Positions 38,056-47,570 of a stretch of 57,890 nucleotides of DNA are shown here, one piece after another. This DNA is from a bacterium. Its GTDB lineage: Bacteria > Patescibacteriota > Minisyncoccia > Phycocordibacterales > Phycocordibacteraceae. Made by a program: the position numbers and the translations under genes. The notes under the pieces are model-generated. The model saw only the letters and a list, made by a program, of their open reading frames with translations, was not told where the DNA came from and did not search any database. Within the stretch, counting starts at the first letter, position 1; each line of letters opens with the position of its first letter. The stretch covers positions 1 to 57,890 of the forward strand of contig JAJYHK010000001.1 in the NCBI GenBank assembly GCA_021784815.1, written 5' to 3'.

Positions 38056-38976
38056 CTAGAAAATCCAGCGCTTGCGTGCAAAGAACGAGGCCAAAAGCCC
38101 GAGCACGACCGCCATGATGCCCAGTACGATCCAGAAGGCGTGCGGGTTGTCCTCGAGCGGTGTGCCGGGCAGGTGCATTGCAAACATGAAGGTGAGAAGC
38201 TCGAGCGGGAGCATAAGGAAGGTAATGACAGTGAGCGTCTTCATGATCTCATTCTGGCGTGCCTCGAGGAGCGCGGCGTTCGTCTCTCGTAGCTCGGTGG
38301 AAACGGCGCGGTGGGTACGAATGACGTGTTCAACGTGCTGCCGGTCGGCAAGAATGCGCGCACAGCGCTCGGTGAAGGAGGAGCCGAAGTATGCAGGATC
38401 TGAGAGCTGTCGCAAGAAACGCGTGAGCGGACCCTCTTGATTCGCAAGTGCCGCCTCAAGATGGAGGAATTCGCGACTCACGACCGAGATCGCGCGCACG
38501 GTGCGGCGCTCCTGGCCGCTGAACATCTGTTCCTCGACGCGACCGAGGCGATTGGCGACGTGGTTCGTATGCTCGCGAACCGCAGCGTAAAGGTGCGCGA
38601 AGAGAATCTCAACGAGTACGTCTGTCGAGAGCGCAAGGTCGGCGCTCATGAGTTTCTGGGTCTCGAGCAGTTTCTGAAGATGGTAGAGCGGTGCAATGAC
38701 TTCATAGCGAATGGTCGCAACGAAATGCTTGCCGACCACGAAGTCCACTTCCTGGTCCTTGTCCTCGCCATCTTCGTGGCCATGTGCAGGGAAGTGGACG
38801 ACGAGAAGCGCCACTTCGTCATCATTCGCAAAGAGGGAACTTGGCGTCGGAGCGAGGAGTTCCGACTCGATCCGCTCGCTGATATCGAATTCTTGGGCGA
38901 ACTCGCGCACTTCCCGTTGGCTGGGCTGTTCGAGGTCAATCCAGACGCCGCCAGGGTAGCTGTGTCGGGAAAGCAT
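38056..38976 (-). CDS. CorA-family divalent cation transporter with AMH in place of GMN
   Basis: CorA-like architecture with two C-terminal TMs. The signature position reads FAMHLPG (AMH codons at 38173-38181). Confidence 0.6.
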   Translation of the reverse strand: MLSRHSYPGGVWIDLEQPSQREVREFAQEFDISERIESELLAPTPSSLFANDDEVALLVVHFPAHGHEDGEDKDQEVDFVVGKHFVATIRYEVIAPLYHLQKLLETQKLMSADLALSTDVLVEILFAHLYAAVREHTNHVANRLGRVEEQMFSGQERRTVRAISVVSREFLHLEAALANQEGPLTRFLRQLSDPAYFGSSFTERCARILADRQHVEHVIRTHRAVSTELRETNAALLEARQNEIMKTLTVITFLMLPLELLTFMFAMHLPGTPLEDNPHAFWIVLGIMAVVLGLLASFFARKRWIF

Positions 38977-39042
38977 TTGTCCGAAGGATAGCACGCATTG
39001 CGAACATGTTGCGATCATGCGGTGCGTGGTATGCTAGGCCTT

Positions 39043-40320
39043 ATGGACGATGATATCGCCACCGTCGCCGCTGCTCATGTCCCGCGGTTTCTGCGGCGCT
39101 CGTTCGTGCTCCATGCAGCGGCGTATCTTGTCGTCGCAGCAGTCTTCTTTAGTATCGGAGTCGGGCTTGCGGATAACGGTTCGGTTGCCGCAGCAGTCGC
39201 GCAGGTGCCCATTATCGGCAATGGTCTTAATCCGACTCCAGACCCGAGTGCAGATCTCACCGATTTTTGGGAAGCATGGAACGCGCTGCAATCGAATTAC
39301 GTCATCACCCACGCCTCTTCCACGCTCCCGAGTGTTCAGGCGCGCATCTACGGAGCAATTCAAGGACTTGCCGCGTCCTATGGCGATCCATATACGGTTT
39401 TTTTCCCGCCAACGCAAGCCAAGGCGTTTTCAGAAAACATTTCAGGCAGCTTTGCTGGTGTCGGCATGGAAATCGACCTTAAGAACAATATCCTAACGGT
39501 TGTCGCGCCGCTCAAGGGCTCGCCAGCAGAGAAAGCGGGCGTCAAGGCGGGCGACCAAATCGCCGCGATTAACAGCCGATCGACCCAGGGGATGTCCCTC
39601 GATGCGGCTGTGAACGCGATCCGTGGTGCGGTCGGGACGACCGTGAACCTCTCCGTTGTGCGCGACGGCACGCCGATAAGTATCAAGGTAACGCGCGAAA
39701 CCATTCAAGTCCCGGAAACGAGCGATGGCTACGATGCGAAGACGGGCGTGTACCACATCGCACTCTACGAGTTTACGTCCAACTCCGCACAGCTTTTCGA
39801 TCAGGCGTTCAATCGCTTCAAGGCGACCGGTAGCAAGAAGCTCGTCATCGACCTGCGCGGCAACCCAGGCGGATACCTTGATGCTGCGGTTGATATCGCG
39901 AGCCATTTCCTTCCTAAGGGCGCGACTATTGTTACTGAAGACTTCGGTGGCAAACAATCCAAGCAGATCTACACAAGCCTCGGGTACGACGATGTCCCGC
40001 CCGGGACCAAGATAGTCGTGCTGGTCGATGGCGGGTCAGCGTCCGCAGCAGAGATCCTCTCGGGTGCGCTCAAGGACCACCATGTCGCAACGCTTATCGG
40101 CGAGAAAACCTTCGGCAAAGGATCGGTGCAGACACTTATTCCGATCGGCGGAGGCGAACTGAAGGTGACGATCGCGCGCTGGCTTACGCCCAACGGCACC
40201 TGGATCATGGGCAACGGCATCACGCCGGACATTACGGTGCCGTACACCGCGGCCGACGCAAAGGCGGGTACGGATCCGCAGATGCAGCGTGCAATCCAAT
40301 TTCTCACAACTGGCAAGTAA
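39043..40320 (+). CDS. ctpA: Carboxy-terminal processing protease (S41)
   Basis: PDZ region (GSPAEKAGVKAGDQI), GNPGGYL, and the GGSASAAEI catalytic Ser and KGSVQ Lys regions. The start is set by TATGCT 7 nt upstream. Confidence 0.85.
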   Translation: MDDDIATVAAAHVPRFLRRSFVLHAAAYLVVAAVFFSIGVGLADNGSVAAAVAQVPIIGNGLNPTPDPSADLTDFWEAWNALQSNYVITHASSTLPSVQARIYGAIQGLAASYGDPYTVFFPPTQAKAFSENISGSFAGVGMEIDLKNNILTVVAPLKGSPAEKAGVKAGDQIAAINSRSTQGMSLDAAVNAIRGAVGTTVNLSVVRDGTPISIKVTRETIQVPETSDGYDAKTGVYHIALYEFTSNSAQLFDQAFNRFKATGSKKLVIDLRGNPGGYLDAAVDIASHFLPKGATIVTEDFGGKQSKQIYTSLGYDDVPPGTKIVVLVDGGSASAAEILSGALKDHHVATLIGEKTFGKGSVQTLIPIGGGELKVTIARWLTPNGTWIMGNGITPDITVPYTAADAKAGTDPQMQRAIQFLTTGK

Positions 40321-40324
40321 GGTT

Positions 40325-40597
40325 ATGGCGCACGCGACTTTCGGAGTGCTTGTCCGCAAGCTTCCAGAGGAGGCGAAGCACGTCGAGGCGGGGGTGTTCT
40401 GCACGCACTACAAACACCCGGAGCAAAATTATGAAGCAGTCGAGCTTGCAATTTTCGAAGCGACCGAAGAGGTTGCGGTCGTGTATCGAGCGCTCTATAG
40501 CGGAAGGCTCACTTTTTCGGCCGCTTGCAAATTGGCTCGAGATGGTAGCGGTAGAGAACGGGAAAGGGAGGCCGTCCCGCGCTTTAGTAGAGTCTAA
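40325..40597 (+). CDS. Hypothetical protein (90 aa)
   Basis: ORF between ctpA and rplI. No family recognised. Confidence 0.35.
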   Translation: MAHATFGVLVRKLPEEAKHVEAGVFCTHYKHPEQNYEAVELAIFEATEEVAVVYRALYSGRLTFSAACKLARDGSGREREREAVPRFSRV

Positions 40598-40655
40598 AAG
40601 GCCATATTTTGAGCCGGATATTGCGCGAAGCGCGCTCGACTGGTATCATCGCCGC

Positions 40656-41099
40656 ATGAAGGTACTCTTGCTTAAGGACACGAAGGGCATTGGCCGCGCG
40701 CACGAGATTATCGAGGCGGCTGATGGATTCGCTCTCAATTATCTGATTCCCAAGAAAATAGCGGTCGTTGTGACTGCGGGAGCGCTCAAGGTGGCGGCCG
40801 TGCGCAAGGTACGCACCGACGAGCGCCGCGCGCTCGACGCGCAGCTCGTTGCCCAGAATTTCGCTGCTCTTGCCGAGGCGCGCGTGGTCGTGAAGGTGAG
40901 GGCGAACGAGAAAGGACACCTCTACGATGCTGTCGGCGAGTCCGATATTGCTGCTGCGGTCAAGGAAAAAACTCACATCGATCTGCCGGCGGGCGCAATT
41001 CGTCTCGAGAAGCCGTTTAAGCAGCTCGGTGAATTCCGCGTACCTATTGCCGCCGGGAATACCTTCGGTGAATTTACTCTCGTTATTGATGCTATGTAG
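40656..41099 (+). CDS. rplI: 50S ribosomal protein L9
   Basis: MKVLLLKDTKGIGRAHEIIEAADGFALNYLIPKK. TGGTATCAT ends 6 nt upstream of the ATG. Confidence 0.9.
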   Translation: MKVLLLKDTKGIGRAHEIIEAADGFALNYLIPKKIAVVVTAGALKVAAVRKVRTDERRALDAQLVAQNFAALAEARVVVKVRANEKGHLYDAVGESDIAAAVKEKTHIDLPAGAIRLEKPFKQLGEFRVPIAAGNTFGEFTLVIDAM

Positions 41100-41129
41100 A
41101 AAGTTTTTGCCCTTCCTTAACGGTGAGCA

Positions 41130-41163
41130 AAAAGCACAGCCGGTCATACCGGCTGTGCTTTTT
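41130..41163. terminator. Bidirectional rho-independent terminator between rplI and rpmA
   Basis: AAAAGCACAGCCGG-TCATA-CCGGCTGTGCTTTTT. Confidence 0.75.
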
Positions 41164-41177
41164 GTCATCAGTGGCGC

Positions 41178-41450
41178 TTAGAAAACGTTTGCTACTCGTT
41201 TTCGTACGACCGTACCGTCAAAATTGCGCTTGCGGCGATTCGTGAAGGATACGCGGCCTTTCGTCATTGCAAAAAGAGTATGGTCACGGCCGACGCGCAC
41301 GTTCGTGCCGGCCTCTATTTTGGTGCCGCGCTGGCGCACGATCACCATACCAGGGCGTGCCTGAGCACCATCGGCGAGCTTCACGCCGAGGTATTTCGGC
41401 TGCGAATCGCGTAGGTTTCTGGTTGATCCAGCGGCTTTTGTTGATGCCAT
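41178..41450 (-). CDS. rpmA: 50S ribosomal protein L27
   Basis: [24 protein letters not shown]...IVRQRGTK. Confidence 0.9.
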   Translation of the reverse strand: MASTKAAGSTRNLRDSQPKYLGVKLADGAQARPGMVIVRQRGTKIEAGTNVRVGRDHTLFAMTKGRVSFTNRRKRNFDGTVVRKRVANVF

Positions 41451-41472
41451 GGTGGTATAGTTTTACCACCGT

Positions 41473-41817
41473 ATGATACCAGACTTGCGGGAAAAGTGCA
41501 AAGCACGGCTTGGGCGGATACCGCGCGACGTGCTTATTGTCGTGGTCCTCGCCTTGGTGGCCTTCGCGAGTTTTGGCCTGGGCTATTTGACAGGGGAGGG
41601 TGCCGCAGCGCAGCGCGCTGTCGGGATTGGTATAGCGCCAGATATTGCGACAAGCTCCGCGAGAGCCGTTGTTGCGTCCCGTAACGGCGCTACCTACTAC
41701 TTGCCCTGGTGTGCTGGAGGGGCACGCATACGCGCGGCAAACCAACGGTGGTTCAGGACCGAGAGCGAAGCACGCGCTCGAGGATATGCACCAGCGCGCA
41801 ACTGCGACGGATTGTAG
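41473..41817 (+). CDS. Membrane-anchored hypothetical protein with a small C-terminal Cys-containing domain
   Basis: N-terminal TM. The C-terminus YYLPWC...RWFRTESEARARGYAPARNC resembles small Ada-like/metal-binding tails. The assignment is weak. Confidence 0.45.
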   Translation: MIPDLREKCKARLGRIPRDVLIVVVLALVAFASFGLGYLTGEGAAAQRAVGIGIAPDIATSSARAVVASRNGATYYLPWCAGGARIRAANQRWFRTESEARARGYAPARNCDGL

Positions 41818-41856
41818 TGCAGCGTGGTTTGCTACACTAGCGGTATCTCTCCGCGC

Positions 41857-42639
41857 ATGGATAACACCAAAGATAACTCAAACACCGGGTCGTCGGATTC
41901 TATGGAAGATCGGGCGGAAGCGCTCGATGCGCATGCGCGGAAGCTGGTTGCTGTGGTACACGAAGGACGCGGAACCATACCGGAGGATCAGCCGCTCCTC
42001 GTCTGTAAGCCGAAAAAGGTCGAATCGTGGCGCGTCTTTAAGATAATGTCGGAATTTATCGAGGGGTTCGATACGATTCGTCGATACGGGCTTGCGGCGA
42101 CGTTTTTCGGAAGCGCGCGCGCAAGCCTTGGTGATTCGGTTTATGAAGAGGCAACCCAACTCGCCGCAAAGCTCGCAAAAAAAGGATTCGCGATTATCAC
42201 GGGCGGCGGCGGCGGCGTCATGGAGGCTGCGAACAAGGGTGCGTTCGAGGCGGGCGGCTCATCTGTGGGCCTCAACATTCGATTGCCGCACGAGCAGCAC
42301 TACAATCCGTATCTGACTGATAAACTCGAATTCAACCACTTCTTCGTGCGGAAGGTCATGCTCACGTATGCGTCCGAGGTTTATATTTATTTCCCCGGAG
42401 GCTTTGGTACGCTCGATGAATTTTTCGAAATCATAACGCTCATTCAAACAGGGAAAATTCGCAAAGTGCCCGTCGTCTGCGTACACAAATCGTACTGGGA
42501 GCCGCTTGCTGCGACCATTGACCAGACCCTCTACCGAGAGAATCATACGATAGATGAGCGCGACGAAGATCTCTTCCATATCGTCGATTCGGTCGACGAA
42601 GCGTTCGAGTACATTCTCGAGAAAGTTCGATTCCTCTAG
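41857..42639 (+). CDS. LOG family (TIGR00730-type) nucleotide phosphoribohydrolase-like protein
   Basis: ITGGGGGVMEAANKGA and PGGFGTLDEFFE motifs. Confidence 0.8.
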   Translation: MDNTKDNSNTGSSDSMEDRAEALDAHARKLVAVVHEGRGTIPEDQPLLVCKPKKVESWRVFKIMSEFIEGFDTIRRYGLAATFFGSARASLGDSVYEEATQLAAKLAKKGFAIITGGGGGVMEAANKGAFEAGGSSVGLNIRLPHEQHYNPYLTDKLEFNHFFVRKVMLTYASEVYIYFPGGFGTLDEFFEIITLIQTGKIRKVPVVCVHKSYWEPLAATIDQTLYRENHTIDERDEDLFHIVDSVDEAFEYILEKVRFL

Positions 42640-42872
42640 GTATTGGGTATTATATAGGATAAGGAGGTGCCACGCTGGAGTGGTTTAACCACGACTCGGT
42701 CAGTAAAGAAAAGAGGGGCAAGTGGGCGTGGATCCGGCTGAGCTAAGATTACGCACAATATATCTTTTGCGAACATTATCTTGCATTGAATTGCCGCTGT
42801 CAGCCTACGGCTCATGGCCATTGCTGATTCCAGACGCATTATTTAAATTAATTAACATTTAAATTATTTAAC

Positions 42873-44228
42873 TTACGACTTAAAACAATCGAGCGCGGTT
42901 TGGATGCGCCGCACGGACTCCTGCGTGCCAAGTATTGAGATAAGCGTAAACGGATCCGGCGAACGCTCCTGGCCTGAGAGTGCGTAGCGCAGCGGCCAAA
43001 GCATGGCTCCGCGGCTGCCTTTGCTTTTCGCTTCCTGCGCATCGGCAAGCGGCATGATGAGCGCTTTGACTTCGTCTGGAGACGCGTTCTCGGTTAGGCC
43101 GGCGAGGGCAGCTTCTACCGCTCTAAGCATTTCGGCAGTGATGCCAAGGCGGTCGGACGGCTCCTTGGCCGTGAGCGTTGCTGTTTTAAGCTCGGGTGCC
43201 ACAGCGACACAGCGCAACTCCCCTTCGAGAAGTTCTTTCGCTTCTGTGAACGTGCGCGCTCGCTCTTTAAGCAGCGGGACGGCGAGCTCGAGTTGCCGTG
43301 AGGGCCAACTCGCTTTGAAACGCGGCGGCTCGAGCTGCTGCAGGAAATCTTTGTCGGAGAGTTTGCGCATCCAGCGCTGGTTGACGGAGAGTAATTTCTC
43401 ACGATTCCAAATCGCGGCGCTCTTCTGCACGCCTTCAATCGAGAAGACTTTTATAAGCTCTTCGAGCGAAAAGTCTTCCCGCTCGCCACCCGGGCTCCAT
43501 CCGAGGAGTACAAGGTAATTCACGAGCCCTTCGGGCAAGAAACCTTCGTCGCGGTAATCCATTATGGCAACGGCGTAACCACTGCGCTTCGACATTTTCG
43601 CCCGCCTTTCGTCGAGAATGAGCGGCAGGTGTGCGTAGATCGGGCGCGGGGCGCCGAGTGCTTCCTGGATGAGGATCTGGCGCGGCGTGTTCGAGATGTG
43701 ATCTTCGCCGCGGATTACATGCGTCACGCCGCTGTCAAGATCGTCTACCACAACAGCAAAGTGATACACGGCGTCGGTGCGCGAGCGCGCTATGACGAAA
43801 TCGCCGAGCTCGGTTGTGTCGAAGGTGATATCGCCGCGAATTTCGTCGCGAAACATGATCGAACGGCCGGCGTTCTTCAGCCGGACGACTTCGACCTCGC
43901 GCATTGGGTCGTCTTTAGCGGGTTCTCTCGAGACGTATGCTTTCCCTTCCTCAACTAGCTGCGCGAGAAGCGCGGTGTAGCGCGCGCTATTTTCGCTCTG
44001 GCGGGAGAACGAGTCCCAGGACAGGCCGAGCCAGCGGAGGCCATTCACGATTTCTTGTTCGAATTCGGGCGTGCTGCGTGTGCGATCGGTATCCTCGCTG
44101 CGGAAAACGATCCGGCCTCCGTGGTGGCGCGCGAAGAGGTAGTTGAAGAGCGCCGTACGTGCGGTGCCGATGTGAAGCCGGCCGGTCGGCGACGGCGGGA
44201 TACGGGTTACGACACGAGCGCCATTCAT
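42873..44228 (-). CDS. gltX: Glutamyl-tRNA synthetase
   Basis: PSPTGRLHIGTARTALFNY (HIGH) and KMSKRS motifs. Confidence 0.9.
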   Translation of the reverse strand: MNGARVVTRIPPSPTGRLHIGTARTALFNYLFARHHGGRIVFRSEDTDRTRSTPEFEQEIVNGLRWLGLSWDSFSRQSENSARYTALLAQLVEEGKAYVSREPAKDDPMREVEVVRLKNAGRSIMFRDEIRGDITFDTTELGDFVIARSRTDAVYHFAVVVDDLDSGVTHVIRGEDHISNTPRQILIQEALGAPRPIYAHLPLILDERRAKMSKRSGYAVAIMDYRDEGFLPEGLVNYLVLLGWSPGGEREDFSLEELIKVFSIEGVQKSAAIWNREKLLSVNQRWMRKLSDKDFLQQLEPPRFKASWPSRQLELAVPLLKERARTFTEAKELLEGELRCVAVAPELKTATLTAKEPSDRLGITAEMLRAVEAALAGLTENASPDEVKALIMPLADAQEAKSKGSRGAMLWPLRYALSGQERSPDPFTLISILGTQESVRRIQTALDCFKS

Positions 44229-44247
44229 GAGTATGAGTTCTGTGATA

Positions 44248-45387
44248 TCACGACTCGTGCGAAAGCGCGATACCGAGGATCTCCTTGGCGAGAATGCGCG
44301 CCGCATCCGGATCGGTAAATCCTGCCGAAGCGGCTGCCATCCTTTGCGCGATCTCAGGGGTGATCAATACGCGGTGAATCTCGGAGACGAGAAGGTGCGG
44401 CGTAAGGTTCTCCTCTTCAATAACTGTGGCGGCTCCCGTACGGGCAAACGCGTAGGCGTTGGTCTTCTGGTCGTGGCTGACCGATTCGGGTATCGGAATG
44501 AGAATAGCCGGCTTGTGCCAGAGGCTTATTTCGGAAATAGAGGTGGCACCGGCGCGCGACACGATGATATCCGCAGCGCCAGCGGCGCGCTGCATAGCAA
44601 CCTCGGTCAAGTACCCGAAAGCGTGGTAGCGGCCAGCGTGCTCATTCGCATTGAGTACTACTTTGGCGAGGGATTCGATGTTCTCAATATGGGCGGGACC
44701 GGTTTGGTGGATGATGTTCGCGAGCGCGACCAGCTCCGGGAGTGCGGAGAGGATAGCGTTGTTGATGCGCATTGAGCCAAGGGAGCCGCCAATGATAAAA
44801 ACGGTCGGAACGCCCGCTTCGAGCTGCAGGAACTGGCGCGCACCCTCCGGCTCGATGCGCGTGAGCGCCTTGCGGATAGGGATGCCGGTGCGAGCGATGC
44901 GATTTTGGGCCTGTTGCGGGAAATATTTTGCAGCGCTCTCGAATGAAATCGCGATTTTTTTCGCGAACGGCGCGGCGAGCAGGTTAGCACGGCCAGGCTT
45001 CGCATCAGACTCGTGAATGATAACTGGGATACGCAGAACGCGTGCAGCGAGTACCACAGGCACGCTCGCATAGCCGCCTTTGCTTACTACAACATCGGGA
45101 TACAGCCGAAACAGTGTCAAGAGCGCGTGGAGCGTACCGCTCGCGGTTGCAAAGAGATCGATAATATTCTGAATCGATACATACCGGCGCATCTTCCCTG
45201 CCTCGATTTTGATATAGCCGATGCCATTGTCAAAGAGCGCCTGTTCATCAAATGGTGCGGGAGCAAGGTAGTACAGTTGCGGGTCGAGAAGCCGCTCTTC
45301 CCGAACCACATCGTGAATAGCTTCCGCAATGGCAATAATCGGATAAAAATGGCCGCCCGACCCTCCACCTGTGAACACGATTTTCAT
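44248..45387 (-). CDS. murG: UDP-N-acetylglucosamine--N-acetylmuramyl-(pentapeptide) pyrophosphoryl-undecaprenol GlcNAc transferase
   Basis: MKIVFTGGGSGGHFYP N-terminus and GT28 C-terminal region. Confidence 0.9.
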   Translation of the reverse strand: MKIVFTGGGSGGHFYPIIAIAEAIHDVVREERLLDPQLYYLAPAPFDEQALFDNGIGYIKIEAGKMRRYVSIQNIIDLFATASGTLHALLTLFRLYPDVVVSKGGYASVPVVLAARVLRIPVIIHESDAKPGRANLLAAPFAKKIAISFESAAKYFPQQAQNRIARTGIPIRKALTRIEPEGARQFLQLEAGVPTVFIIGGSLGSMRINNAILSALPELVALANIIHQTGPAHIENIESLAKVVLNANEHAGRYHAFGYLTEVAMQRAAGAADIIVSRAGATSISEISLWHKPAILIPIPESVSHDQKTNAYAFARTGAATVIEEENLTPHLLVSEIHRVLITPEIAQRMAAASAGFTDPDAARILAKEILGIALSHES

Positions 45388-45394
45388 ACTGGTA

Positions 45395-46504
45395 CTATAC
45401 CAGCTTCGCGGCCTGCTGCCGGGAGGCGACGTTGAGAATGAATCCGCACATGAGTAGTATCGCCACGAGCGCGGTACCGCCGTGCGAGACGAACGGGAGC
45501 GGGATGCCGGTGAGCGGAATGATGCCGAGCATGGCGGATATATTGACAAACGCTTGGATGATAATCATAAACGAAAACCCAAAAGCGATGAGGCCGCCGA
45601 ACAGGTCGCGCGAGTTGCTTGAAATGACGAGCCCGCGCGCGGCGAGTCCGACGAAGAGCGTGAGGAGGAGAAGCGCGCCGATAAACCCGGTCTCCTCGGC
45701 GTAGACCGCAAACACTGAGTCGCCGTCTGGTTCTGGAAGGTAGTCAAACTTCTCCGCTCCCTGCCCGAAGCCGGTGCCGATCAGTCCCCCGGATCCGATG
45801 GCGATGAGCGATTGCTGGATTTGATAGCTCGCGCCGAGCGAATGCGCGCTCGGATTGAAGAACGTGTCGATGCGCTGGAGCACGTACGGACGGAAGAGCA
45901 CGACCGCTCCGAAGACGAGCACGGCAAGGGACGCCAGAACGGCAAAGTCTCGCCAGGGCGCACCGGAGACGAAGTACATAGCGGCGCCTGTTGCGAGAAT
46001 CACGAGCGTGGTGGAAGTATTTGGCTGCGCAAGGAGGAGGAGCGCGGGAATGCCGCCAATCGTAAGGAAAGGCCCGAGCCCTTTTTTAGGATCCTTAAGC
46101 GCCCGCGCATGCGCCGCGAGCCACCAGGCGAGCATAAATACGAAACCTATTTTGAGGAATTCGGCAGGCTGGATCGTGGTAAAGCCCACGTTGATCCAGC
46201 GGGTCGCGCCGTTGGCGTGGAGGCCTATGCCGGGAATGAATACAAGCGCGGTGAAAAAAAGCGTTGCACCGAATAGGTACGGCGCATAGGCGCGCACGAG
46301 TGAGAGCGGAAGGAGCCGCGCAACGACGAGTCCGACATAGCCGAGTCCAAGTCCCAGAATGATTTGGAGTAAAATTTCATGGGAGACAGAGGTATTTGAA
46401 CGCGCGAGCAGGCCGAGCGCCGCAGATGAGAAAATCGCAATGCCTGCGAGCGAGAGCGCGAGGACGAGGAGAAAAAATATCCGGTCGCCGGCGGCGAACT
46501 TCAT
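45395..46504 (-). CDS. ftsW: SEDS family peptidoglycan polymerase (FtsW-like)
   Basis: Polytopic membrane protein with PAEFLKI and PLPFVSHGGT motifs. Located between mraY and murG. Confidence 0.85.
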   Translation of the reverse strand: MKFAAGDRIFFLLVLALSLAGIAIFSSAALGLLARSNTSVSHEILLQIILGLGLGYVGLVVARLLPLSLVRAYAPYLFGATLFFTALVFIPGIGLHANGATRWINVGFTTIQPAEFLKIGFVFMLAWWLAAHARALKDPKKGLGPFLTIGGIPALLLLAQPNTSTTLVILATGAAMYFVSGAPWRDFAVLASLAVLVFGAVVLFRPYVLQRIDTFFNPSAHSLGASYQIQQSLIAIGSGGLIGTGFGQGAEKFDYLPEPDGDSVFAVYAEETGFIGALLLLTLFVGLAARGLVISSNSRDLFGGLIAFGFSFMIIIQAFVNISAMLGIIPLTGIPLPFVSHGGTALVAILLMCGFILNVASRQQAAKLV

Positions 46505-47568
46505 GGCAAGCGTGCTGCGAGCGCGGCCACCAGGCCGAGTACGCCAGCAATGATCGTGATGACCCAGTAGCGCATGGTTACCTTTGCTGCAGGCCACCCT
46601 AAAGCTTCGAAATGGTGGTGGATGGGAGCGACCCGGAAGAGCTTTTTATGGAATATCTTTTTCCAGAACACCTGGAGCAACGTAGTCGCGACGGTTGCAG
46701 TGAGCGGCAGGGCCACGAGCGGAAGAATGAACACTCCGACGCCGTGCGCTATAGTGTCGGAGGCGAAAGCGGTCATAGTGAGCGCGAGCGTGAGCGCCAT
46801 ACTGCCCGTCTCCGACATATAGAAGCGCGCGGGCGGGATGTTAAACCACAAAAACGCGAGCGTCGCGCCGGCTGCAGTTGCGGCAAACGCAGCAAGCTGT
46901 GTTTGGCCTTCGCCAAAGGCAATGCCGGCATAGGCGAGGAAGATAATGGAAAAAACGCCTCCGGCAAGGCCGTCTATGCCGTCGATGGTGCCGCCGGCAT
47001 AGACCGTGAGCGTCACGAGCGCAAAAAACGGTATAAAAAACCACCCAAGCGGCAGCGGCGCCGCAAACGGGATACCAATGCTCGAGACGCCGAGTTTCGT
47101 ATAGAACCACCACCCGCCCACGAGTCCGATCGTACCGACAATGGCAAGGCGCCGAATGAGCGGGAGGCCGTCGCGCCCCTCGGTGATTTCGAGAAAATCA
47201 TCGACGAGCCCGGCTGCAGCGCCAGACGCGAGCGCGAAGATCGGCAGCCAGGTCTCGCGCCGGTCAACGAAATTGAGGAGCGGCCAATAGGAGCCGAGCG
47301 TGCGCGCGAGTACCCAGAACAGGAACGCGGTCGCGAGTATCGATGCCCAAATGAGCATGCCGCCCATGCGCGGGGTTGAAACCTCACGTTCCCTGTGGAG
47401 AGCATTAAAGATAGGTGTCCCTCCCCCGCCGATACCGCTCTCCTTTCCGGACTTTTTCTTCCAGGCTTTGGCGCGATAGAGGGTGCCGGCGAGAAATGGC
47501 GCGAAACCGATACCGAGGATGAAGGCGGTCGCAGAAGGGATTAAGACTCGTGCGGCGGTGCTCAACAT
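46501..47568 (-). CDS. mraY: Phospho-N-acetylmuramoyl-pentapeptide transferase
   Basis: Polytopic protein with DDFLEI, NIPPARFYMSETGS and PIHHHFE motifs. Confidence 0.9.
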   Translation of the reverse strand: MLSTAARVLIPSATAFILGIGFAPFLAGTLYRAKAWKKKSGKESGIGGGGTPIFNALHREREVSTPRMGGMLIWASILATAFLFWVLARTLGSYWPLLNFVDRRETWLPIFALASGAAAGLVDDFLEITEGRDGLPLIRRLAIVGTIGLVGGWWFYTKLGVSSIGIPFAAPLPLGWFFIPFFALVTLTVYAGGTIDGIDGLAGGVFSIIFLAYAGIAFGEGQTQLAAFAATAAGATLAFLWFNIPPARFYMSETGSMALTLALTMTAFASDTIAHGVGVFILPLVALPLTATVATTLLQVFWKKIFHKKLFRVAPIHHHFEALGWPAAKVTMRYWVITIIAGVLGLVAALAARLP

Positions 47569-47570
47569 GG

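Noticed and set aside
32462-41450. Separation of rplU (L21) and rpmA (L27), which are adjacent in most bacteria.
   Set aside because: This is a real synteny difference, but both genes look intact with their own signals. It is a rearrangement curiosity rather than evidence of a new function.
42661-42735. A small ORF following the perfect AAGGAGGTG in the LOG-gltX spacer.
   Set aside because: The only in-frame start is the GTG inside the SD-like sequence itself, which gives a 24-aa Arg/Gly-rich peptide. There is no properly spaced ATG, so I did not call it as a CDS.
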